Positions 12,101 through 21,140 of a stretch of DNA of 64,000 nt are shown here, one piece after another; position 1 is the first letter of the stretch, and each line of letters begins with the position of its first letter. The DNA comes from Diplonema japonicum. Taxonomy: Eukaryota; Protista; Euglenozoa: Diplonemea. The stretch covers positions 310,001 through 374,000 of the forward strand of contig OZ025656.1 of NCBI GenBank assembly GCA_964019335.1. Direction: 5' to 3'. Both the position numbers and the translations under genes were made by a program. The notes beneath the pieces are model-generated. The model saw only the letters and a list, made by a program, of their open reading frames with translations. It made no database searches and had not been told where the DNA came from.

Positions 12101-12604
12101 TTTGTGCAAAGTGAAAAAACCCATTTTTGCCCCTAGGACTGAATTTTCTGGGTACTAGTAACACTCACTTTCCCATTTTCTGGGGTGTTTTCTTTCCTAA
12201 CCTGGGCCGGGAAAGTTGTAGAATTTTTTTTTTCTTTGGGAAAAAGTACTTAGAGAAATATTGAAAGTGTCAATTGGCCTCATTTTTTTTGGGGGGGGGG
12301 GTTTGAAACGATGCCATATTTTAAATTCTCACAGTTTGGGGTGAACCACGAGCTGAGTTTCCGTTCGATCACTAACTACCGCAAGACAGAGTGTGAGTTC
12401 TGGGACTCGCATTGGGAGTACTTCCACAAGTGCATTCCCCAGCCTGAGAGGTCCCTCAACTCTACAGCGAAGGTGCGCAACCTTAAGAGAAGCAGGCCTT
12501 GGTGCAAGGCCCCAGCAAACACCCCCATTTCACGCTCCAGGCGTATGTCAGCGAACAAAACCAAGTTCGAGGAAGATTTGTGGAACAAAGAAAAGGAATT
12601 GTAG
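9140..12604 (+). CDS. Type-B carboxylesterase/cholinesterase family; join(9140..10744,12335..12604)
   Basis: GVPFAEPPLGNLRF, EDCLYLNVY, GQSSG nucleophile, DHSADL. Intron GTGTGT...CACAG (10745-12334) joins in frame to the CEFWD C-terminus. Confidence 0.9.
10773..12308 (-). mobile_element. Internally deleted TIR DNA transposon inside the carboxylesterase intron
   Basis: Perfect IR GAGGCCAATTGACACTTTC (10796-10814 / 12263-12281), extending imperfectly outward to TTTCAAA/TTTGAAA and about 100 bp inward. CGA flanks both sides (10770-72, 12309-11). Contains a transposase-like fragment. Confidence 0.85.
11290..11766 (-). pseudogene. DDD/E transposase catalytic fragment (Sola-like; superfamily not certain)
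   Basis: ILWTDGGRHFR and WFLGEKHGKNNRDSHFG match the '..DG..HF' and 'HGK...D..FG' motifs of eukaryotic DDD transposases. Upstream part is interrupted. Confidence 0.65.
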
Positions 12605-13763
12605 AAATTTCTGAGAAAAAAAAAGGGGGGGGAGGGAGGGGGAAACATAATGATAACGAACATTGTGAATGATTCTTTTTTAGTTGTCGCATTTCTTTCG
12701 ACGTGAAAAGATTTTTTTATTGCAAAAAAAAAAAAAAAAAAGGAGTAGAGGCAGCTTGTCCGCTTACTCCCTACTGTAGGTGAAAACGGCTTGCACAAAC
12801 AATCAGCCGCCTCTTTTTATTCTTCTTTTTTTTTCTTTTTTTTTTTCTTTTTCAAAGCCCGTGTATTTTGTGTCGTTGTTGGAGGGAAAAAAGAAAATGA
12901 AGAAAAGAAGAAAGAAGAAAAAAAAAAATCGTGTTTAGACCTTCTTGTATAGGCCATTTTCTTTTTTTCTTTTCTTTTCTTCGTTCTTTTGTTCCTTCGT
13001 AGCGCTTAGAGAGGGAGTGGATTGAGGAGAGGAAATATCCCCTTCTTACCTTCTTTTTTTTTTTCTTTTTTTTTTTCTACCTTTTGGTTTAGAGTATTTC
13101 CCCTTTGCAAATTTGATTTGTTACCTTATGCAGCATGTGCCGAGAACGGGAAAAAAGAAAAAAAAAATTATACTCGTGAGGACAGAAGGGAAAATTGCTT
13201 TCAATAGTCGGCGTCCTTTCTCTTCTGAGAGCAGTGTTATGCTGTAACAAGGGCAAAAATGCAGCATATGGGGGTAATAAAGAAGCAATTACACTAAATC
13301 ATCCCCCCCCCCCCCCCCCCTTTGTGCTCTTGTTTGTTTTTTGTTTTTGTTTTTTTTCGAAATCGCTTTTTAGTTTTTAAAAAAAAAAACACATAAGTTT
13401 GTTTCCTCCCCCCCCCCTTTTTTTTCTCTTTTGAACTCTATTCATAAAGAAGGATGATAACAGAGTAGGGAGGGCAAGACAGGGGGGATAGGGGCAATTT
13501 TTGGATGTGCTTTTTTTTTGTTCTGCTTTGTTTTTTCTGTCTCCCTTTCTTGGTCTTCTAGTCTCCAGCCCCCCCCCCCCCCCCCCCCCGCTTGTTATTC
13601 TGCTTTCTCAATGATAAAAACAGGATGGAGAACAAAAAAAGAAAAACAAAAAAAAAGGAAGGGGGAAAAACAGGACAGTTCCTCTTCTTTTTTTTTTCTT
13701 CTTTTTTTTTTTCCTCCCAATTCTCTTAAGGCAAAAAAAAAGAAAAAAGAAAAAAAAAAAACA

Positions 13764-14366
13764 ATGTACCACCACCCCTCAATGGAAGGCGAGGTCTGTT
13801 TTGACGATGATTACAGTTTCAACTTTTCAACCCACGATCCTTTAGTAGTACCTAAGGCTGATGTCATGCGCCATGCTGGAGGGACCTTTGAAGAACGCCG
13901 ACGGGCGTTAATGGGCAAGCGACCACCACGACCCAGGGAGCTAAAGGAAGAGAAGACCACACCCGACGCACCTCTTTCAGTAAGAAGAACCCTTATTGTT
14001 GATGACACAGAGGATGCCGAAGACCCCACCAGCACACCGGCCTCTTACAAGGATCTGTACGTAAGAGAACACCTCAAAAACAAAGAAATAAGAGAACAGC
14101 AAGTGATGCTTCTAGGCTTCCTAGATCAATATATAAATACACACTCTGAGAAGGGAGAGAAGGCGGCTTCGTCAGTATCCGTCTCCCCGCCTCTCGCATC
14201 GCCGATACCATCGTCGTCACCGTCCTTCAGCGATAGGTCATCTTCTGCAACACCAATGTCCGTTGGGCGGGCACAGCCAATGTCAGTTCAAAAAAATGTC
14301 CCGCAGCCGAGGCGCAGCTTCAATACGGGAGGCGGGCCTGTGGTACGCTGCCCCCGTTTAAGATAG
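13764..14366 (+). CDS. Hypothetical protein (Ser/Pro-rich, short coiled coil)
   Basis: ATG after poly(A); homopolymer-free open frame to TAG. Confidence 0.65.
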   Translation: MYHHPSMEGEVCFDDDYSFNFSTHDPLVVPKADVMRHAGGTFEERRRALMGKRPPRPRELKEEKTTPDAPLSVRRTLIVDDTEDAEDPTSTPASYKDLYVREHLKNKEIREQQVMLLGFLDQYINTHSEKGEKAASSVSVSPPLASPIPSSSPSFSDRSSSATPMSVGRAQPMSVQKNVPQPRRSFNTGGGPVVRCPRLR

Positions 14367-14517
14367 ATTTTTTTTTTTTTTTTTTATTATAATTTTAGAG
14401 GTTAATAGATTTTTTTTTTTTTTTTTTTTGAAACTATAATTATTTCTCCCGCGAAGTAACTATCCATTCGGAAAAAGGCCCAACCACAAAAAGAAAAAAA
14501 AAAAAAAAAAAAAAAAA

Positions 14518-15333
14518 ATGAACGGGCTCGTCCAAATGCTGACCTCGGTAGACATGATGCAATACCACTACACATTGACAGCTAATGGTGTGAATAATGT
14601 GGAGGACTGCTGGAAGCTGACCGACGCTGATCTCAAGCGCATGGGCATGGAGAAGGTGGTGCACAGAAGAAAACTGCTCCGTGCTGCCGAACACACCATC
14701 CCCCCCGTCATGCTCAACAACGGAGTTTTGGTGGTCTGCGTCCAGTTCAAATGGGGCAGGGTCGGCACATACAGAGTCCCAGGAAACATGGATATCGCAG
14801 TACTAAGAACCGGTGTACCAGTAGTAGTAGAAGATGTGTACGAGGGGACAAAGGGTTCGGATCTGGGAATTGTTGCAGGACAGGTATTAGAACCTTCGGT
14901 AGAACAGCTTGCGTGTCCTTTCCTGTTGAGGGTTGCAGGGCAGGAAGAGCTGGCTCAATGGGCTGTTCAAAATAGTTCAACTGAAAAACAGATTTGCGAG
15001 ATGATTTTTTTGCTTCCAGAAGCCGCTGGGATTCCTTTGAAAAGGTGTGAATACCGATTTGACATGAAACTCGTCAGCCTGCACATCACAGCAATGCTGC
15101 TCCCGCGTTACAACGCCATCTTCAGCAACCTTTTCCCTACCACGCAGATACGTCTTATTTACACCCCGCCTCATATCGACACCTCCAATGAGGAGTCCCT
15201 TAAGTACTACACACAGCAGCAGCCGATGCAGCCTGTGATAACTAGAGGCCCTGTTGTGGTTTCTGACATGGCATCATCTTCTGAATGTGGGCTGTCGATG
15301 TCAAGTGAAGATGGAGTGGAGTTGGTTCAGTGA
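14518..15333 (+). CDS. SAM domain plus PSP1 C-terminal-like domain protein
   Basis: SAM: LTDADLKRMGMEKVVHRRKLL. PSP1-like: VQFKWGR, VVVE...DLGIV, LLRVA, CEYRFDMK. Confidence 0.75.
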   Translation: MNGLVQMLTSVDMMQYHYTLTANGVNNVEDCWKLTDADLKRMGMEKVVHRRKLLRAAEHTIPPVMLNNGVLVVCVQFKWGRVGTYRVPGNMDIAVLRTGVPVVVEDVYEGTKGSDLGIVAGQVLEPSVEQLACPFLLRVAGQEELAQWAVQNSSTEKQICEMIFLLPEAAGIPLKRCEYRFDMKLVSLHITAMLLPRYNAIFSNLFPTTQIRLIYTPPHIDTSNEESLKYYTQQQPMQPVITRGPVVVSDMASSSECGLSMSSEDGVELVQ

Positions 15334-17080
15334 GACAAATGGAATTTTTTTTTTTTTTTTTATTGAGATATATAACCCATGTGGCGTATTTTTGTAATTT
15401 TTTTTTTGTTTTTGTTGTCGTTGTTGTGTGCAATGTGTTTCTGCGCGATGAGCGCAAAAAAAAAAAAAAAAAAAAAGAAAAAAGAATAAGAAGAAGAAAG
15501 AAGAAGAAGAATGCAATGTGAAGTTTACTTTTTTTTTATTCTTATTCAAAAATGTTCGTTTATGCAAAAAGAAAAAAGAAAAGATGAAAAACAAAACGAA
15601 AAAAGAAGAAAAAAAAATGATTCCATTAAAGCTTTGTTATTCTTTTGTGTCGAGCAATAGAATTAATTTCACTCTTAGGGGCTTTTTTTTTTCTGCCTCT
15701 CACACTTTCTTTGCTCGGGTACAAAAAGAAAAAAAAAAGAAAAGAAAAAAAAATGCAAAGCTTCAAAACTATTTTTTGTGTTGAGTTACCTCCTTTTATT
15801 TTTTTCCTCCCCCCCGGGATGGTGGGTTGTGATTAACTTCTCTCCCATCATCCTGCGATTTGGAGCCCCGATCCTTCTCCCCCCCCCTTTTTTTTAGATT
15901 CTTTTCTTTAAAGCGTAATGAGGGGGAAGAAAAAAAAAAGAACACATTATATTGTCAGAAAAAAAAAAAACGATTCAAAAAAAAAAAAAAAAGGAACCCA
16001 ATAACAATATAATAAGACAGCAAATATAGTAGGGAGAAAGAAAATAGAACAAATCCTTTCCTCCTCCCCCCCCCTTTTTTTACCACCATATTTTAAATTA
16101 AATAACTTTTAAAAGGCACATGGAAAATGCCTGAGCTTTTTGTGTCTCACTTCCTCTTTTTAAGAAATTTTCTCCTTCTTTGAATGCTCCCATGTAATTC
16201 TTCGTCTTTAAATACCTAATGGTACTGGTTACATAGTGAGGTCCCTGTTGTTGTTGTTGTTTTTTGTTTTGAAAACAAGATTCAGCCCTAATGTTAGAAA
16301 CTGCTCTCTTTCTCATTCGCAATTTTTTCTTTAAGAAAAAGAAAAAAAAAAAGAAAATGAAAATGAAAATGAAAATGAAAATGAAATGAAATGGGGTTGG
16401 GGTGAGACGGGAAAGGGGGGAAGTTTTTTTTTTGTGGTTTCCATACCCTGCTATTTTCATCCTAAAAAGCTTTTGAAAAAGGTTTTATGGAAATCCCTCT
16501 GATTTTTTTGAGATCGGAATCTTTTTTCCACCCTCTCCCCAACCTTTCTATTCTCTATTCCTCTCCTTAGCTCAGGGATGGATCCTGGCAATATTTTTTG
16601 ATACCAATCTGGAAAAATAAATAAAATAAAATTTGAAAAAGAATTTAAAAGAAAAAGAAAAAAAAAAAAAGCAACAACGGCAGGGAATAAAAAGGTTGTT
16701 CTCTCTCTCTTTTTTTTTTTTTGTTTTTTTCTTTTCTTTTTTGAAAGTTTCGTTTGTTTACTCATACATTTTCTTTTTTTCCCCCCCTCAGCTTTCCAGG
16801 GGGCAAAAAAAAAAAGAAAAGAAAAGAAAAATAGCTGAAAGAAACGAGAATAACAAAAAAAAAAATATTGAGAAGAACTTTTTTTTTTTTTTTTTTTTTT
16901 TCAAAGGGGGAGAACAAAATAAAATAAAAGCAATTTTAATTTAAAAAAAAGAAAAAAGAAAAAAAAAGCGTAAGGCCGTCGCTGACAAGTGGTCGCGACC
17001 CAAAAAAGAAAAAGTTATTTCTTTTTTTTTTTATATTGTTTTGATTTGTTTTGGTTTGATTCTTTGTTCACCTCTGCCTC

Positions 17081-17198
17081 AAGGGAGGGCATCGTCACCC
17101 TTCTGTCGAGGGGTTTCAAAAGAAAAGGCCGAAACCTCACGGGCAGTGGGGGTTGTTTCCCTGAAACCTGGTGTCAGAAAGTTACGATGTTTTCCCTT
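17081..17198 (+). ncRNA. Candidate structured RNA (unassigned)
   Basis: 15-bp closing stem AAGGGAGGGCATCGT/ACGATGTTTTCCCTT (3 G-U) enclosing a long inner hairpin. Confidence 0.4.
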
Positions 17199-17203
17199 GT
17201 AGG

Positions 17204-17235
<32 letters not shown>

Positions 17236-18332
17236 CTGTGTTTTACCGATGTTGGAAAAAAAAGGGGGGGGGGGGGACGAGAGAAATATGAACTGTGGGC
17301 TTTTGTTTTTGCTGTAATTGTTGCCCCCGGCGTACTAGGGGAGGTTTTTATTTTATTTTTTTTTATTCTCTCTTTTTTCTGTTCTGTTACCAATCCCAAC
17401 AGCAAAGACATGTGCCGCGACATTTTCTTTTTTCCCTTACCCTCCCCCCCCCCTTTTTTTGTCTTTATAAAAAAAAAAAAAGGGAATTGCTGCTCAAATG
17501 TATTTTTCGGGACTAAACCATTCTCTAACTTTTCAACCCGGTAAGTACTCTTTTTTTTTTTTTTAAATTTTTAAAGCCCCAAACCAACCCCACTTTCGCT
17601 GTTTCCAACTGGCTGTTGCCCTCTTGGTACGGTTTTTTTTTTCTTTTTTTTTTCTTTTTTTTTTTTATGTAATAGTTTACTTAACAACAAAATAACAACC
17701 TTTGTGTTGTTGGCTTGTCTTTACGTTTTTTCTCTCTCTCCTTCCCATTCTCTCTCGGCCTTGTTGTTGTCAACCGGCCATACCAAGCTTTTCGAGCAAA
17801 CTGTTCTATGCCCCCACCTTTTCTAATTTGAGAAAAAAAAAGGAGGTGTAAACACCATAAGGGGAAAGTTTAAAAGAAATTGCTTTTTCCCTTTTGAATG
17901 TCTCTTACAAGATTTTTTTTTATTTTTTGAAACATAACCCATGTGGCGTGAACGAAAAAGAAGGGAAAAAAAAAAAAAAAAAAAAAAAAAATGTCAAGAA
18001 AAAGAAAATCAACCAGAATGCGAACGAAAAAAACACACACACACTCACACACCAAAAAATACCTCCCCTGTCTTCCCGACTTCTTGATCTTTCCTGTTTT
18101 TATTTTTATTTTCTTTTCTTTTGTTTTTATTCGTACTTTATTTGTGTCTCAAAAAGAGAAAAAAAAGGAAAAAAAAGAAAGAAAGAAGAACCAGTGTTCA
18201 AAGTTTTCTTTAACACATAGAGTAGACAACAGAAAAAAGAAGAAAAAAAAAAAGAGTAAGTAGTGGGTGGGTTACCATCTCGAAAATATTTTATTAAAAC
18301 ACCTCCCCCCCCCCCCCCCCCCCCCCCTAGGG

Positions 18333-18465
18333 CTATGCTGGCATGGAAACGCGTTTCCATGCATTTTCTGAAAAAAGGGAAACGGAAACGCCATGAGAAT
18401 TTTGAAAGCATGGAAACGGAAAGGAAACGGAAACGGAAACGTTTCCACGCTTCCTGCCAGCATAG
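18333..18465. mobile_element. Small MITE with internal GGAAAC repeats
   Basis: TIR CTATGCTGGCA/TGCCAGCATAG; flanking direct repeat CCCCCTAGGG (exact TIR/TSD boundary ambiguous). Confidence 0.75.
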
Positions 18466-18472
18466 CCCCCTA

Positions 18473-19099
18473 GGGGGGGGGTCACATGGTCCTAAAAAAA
18501 CGTGGTTAAACGTGAAAAAAAAAAGTTTTTTTAAAGAATTTTCCCCCTAAGGTAAAAAAAAACCGCCCAATACCCTCCAAATTAACCAAAAAATCAAAAT
18601 TCGCCGGATTAGAGCATTTCTGAGCACTTGTTAATACTTTATCTGTATTTTTTAAAAACAGTGACCACGGTTTGGTACCTGAAATAGTTGCAAAAAACAA
18701 ACTACATCCTAACCTCGGGAAATGATAGATATTCATCAGAAATGCCGCGCAAAACACAGAAAAGTTCACAGTCGGACAATGTAAGACAGTACTCTGCCGT
18801 TCAAACGGTAGCGGCATCCTAAAGAGCCGCGTTCAAAGGGTGGAACAAACCATGGTCAAATTCTAAAGTTTTCAGAAAACTCAGAAACTACAGAGGAGAC
18901 AAGAGGCCAGGTACCAAACCGTGGTCACCAGTTTTAAAAATGCAAAATAATGCCTTGTAGGTGCCCAAAAATGAAAAGTACCGGGCGGAAATCGATTTCT
19001 TGGTCGAGAAAGGGGTGTTTTACATGGTTTAAGCGGCTCCAGTGTTCTGCATTTCCGAATTTGAAAAAACCCACTTTACCACCCCCATGTGACCCCCCC
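18473..19099. mobile_element. Non-autonomous DNA transposon with long diverged TIRs and TA flanks
   Basis: Termini GGGGGGGTCACATGG / CCATGTGACCCCCCC with TA on both sides. Inner perfect IR GTGACCACGGTTTGGTACCTG (18661-81 / 18908-28). Intervening arms match imperfectly. Confidence 0.8.
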
Positions 19100-19357
19100 T
19101 ACCCCCTTGTTGTCGAATACCTCATCGCCCTTTTTGTTTCCCTTCCTTTCCGCGTGTTTACTGTGGTGGTAGGTAAGTGGTGTATTTCACACATGTATTT
19201 ACCAAAAACTACTAATTTCACAGAAAAACAGGCCATTGGAAATATTTAAAAAAAAAAAAAAGAAAACAAGATACTGGGGCATATTTAGTTGATGCAGTCT
19301 TTGACAAGAAGCCCCTCCCCCCTTTATTTTTTGCCCCTTACATTAATCTTTCCATCT

Positions 19358-19393
<36 letters not shown>

Positions 19394-19682
19394 GATCAAG
19401 TTGCAGGGGTTTTTTTTTCCAAGTTATTTTGTGCGTTGCTGAAAGAAACAAAGAATTTAAAAAAAGAAAAAGAAGAGAAAAAGAAGAAGAAGAAGATAGA
19501 AAAGAAACAAAGAAAAAAAAAGAGGGGTATTGAATAGCAAGACTACCCGAATCCCTCGGCGATTTTGCTCATTTTCCTCTTTTTTTTTTTCTTTTCTTTT
19601 CCCAAGGCGGCCCTCAAGTGGGCTTGCCTTTGTACGATCTAAACAACTAAAAGTTAAAACTGCTAATCCTCAATCGTATTTC

Positions 19683-19738
<56 letters not shown>

Positions 19739-20289
19739 CTAATCCTGCGAAGGGTCAATTTGGCCCTTTGCTGATCATCTTTTGCTGTTGTTGTTGTTTT
19801 TTTTTTTTCTTTTCTTTTTTTTCTTCTTTTTTTTTCTCTCTCTTCTAATTCACAGAAGACCTCTAGCGAGGTTCTCCTTTTATTTCTCTGTTTTTTTTTT
19901 TTTTTTTCTTGATGTACTGAAAAGAAACCTGCTAATATTGATTGGGCAGTTGATCCCCCACCCCCACCCCCCTCTAAACAAAAAGAGAATATTGGCCGCG
20001 TGGTAACGGTAGAAACCTTCTCTAGGATTCTACCTTCCCTTGGCCCCGTAAACAACAGCCAGTCCTCGTTGTTCATCCAGGAAGTTTCAGGAACTTTCTG
20101 CAGAGGCGCAAAATCAGTGTTTTCGTTCGGGCAGTAGGAATGCATAGGAATGGTATCTGCGATCACAAGTAAAAACAAACTGGTGCCGAGACTATAGATC
20201 ATCATTCTTCAGAAAGAAAAAGAAGAAGAAAAAAAAAACACTGAAATTTTTAAAAAAAATTTAAAAAAAAGAAAAAGAAATAATTGATA

Positions 20290-20327
<38 letters not shown>

Positions 20328-20959
20328 CTCATGACATTCACCCTCACAATAAATTACGCATAATAATGGTCAGTTATTTTTTAAAAAAAAAATTTTTTTT
20401 TTTTATGCTTGTCCGTGACTTTTTGAACTTCCCGAAATCTGAAGAAAGAGGGGGGTCGCAAATTCCCTTTTTTAAAAAAAACGCGCGGGCGCTTGTTTGC
20501 ATCGTGAATTATTTCAGGGCCCATCTTGGGCACTTGCCCCTTGTTTCGCCTTATGACATTTTTCTAAAAGATTTTTTAGCTCGCGTGACGACGGGGACAA
20601 TAGAGTAACTGACCATTACCCCGGGGTGAACTCGCTTGCCTCATATTCGAGGTTTTTTTTTCTCTCCTCCTTCCCCATTTTCTTCACCTGCATTAAAGGG
20701 AAAAGGGGAAGGAGAAAAACAGAAATAACGGTCTATTGTATTCTTCTAATCTTTTTTTTTTTTTTTTTATATTTTTTTTTCATTTTCTTTTTCTTTTTTC
20801 TGCAGAATAGTTCTTACACGGAACTCGTTCCTGGAGAAAAAAAAAAAGAAGAAGAAAAAACTGTTTTTTTTTTTTTGTTTTTTTACTTTGGATAAATTCC
20901 CCCACTACTTTCTGCTTTTTTTTTTTTTCTCTTCTACCAACGTCATTTCTCTTTTATTT

Positions 20960-21081
20960 TGAAAGCACCCCCCCACCTCTTTTCCCCGCTTTCAGAACCT
21001 CCTCCTTTCTTCTTTTCTCCCCCTCCTTCCTTTCTCCCTTCATTTCCTTCTTGATCCTTCTTTCTTCTTATTCTTAATCAG
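20960..21081 (+). promoter_or_regulatory. Long polypyrimidine tract plus AG: probable SL trans-splice acceptor
   Basis: About 120 nt C/T tract ending TAATCAG, 59 nt before the ATG at 21141. Function inferred from the euglenozoan context. Confidence 0.5.
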
Positions 21082-21140
21082 AACGGTTGCGGTACCGTAT
21101 CCACCTTGCCCCACTCTGAAGTTGTTCACATTACACAAAC

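Noticed and set aside
16355-16393. (GAAAAT)n tandem repeat as a possible CRISPR or telomeric array
   Set aside because: Simple microsatellite with no spacers; eukaryotic context.
19990-20205. Possible minus-strand gene (19663..20205) or coding relic
   Set aside because: Short non-repetitive patch, no recognisable domain, runs into homopolymers.
15334-20960. Many poly-Phe/poly-Lys ORFs here and in other spacers
   Set aside because: These are translations of homopolymer tracts.
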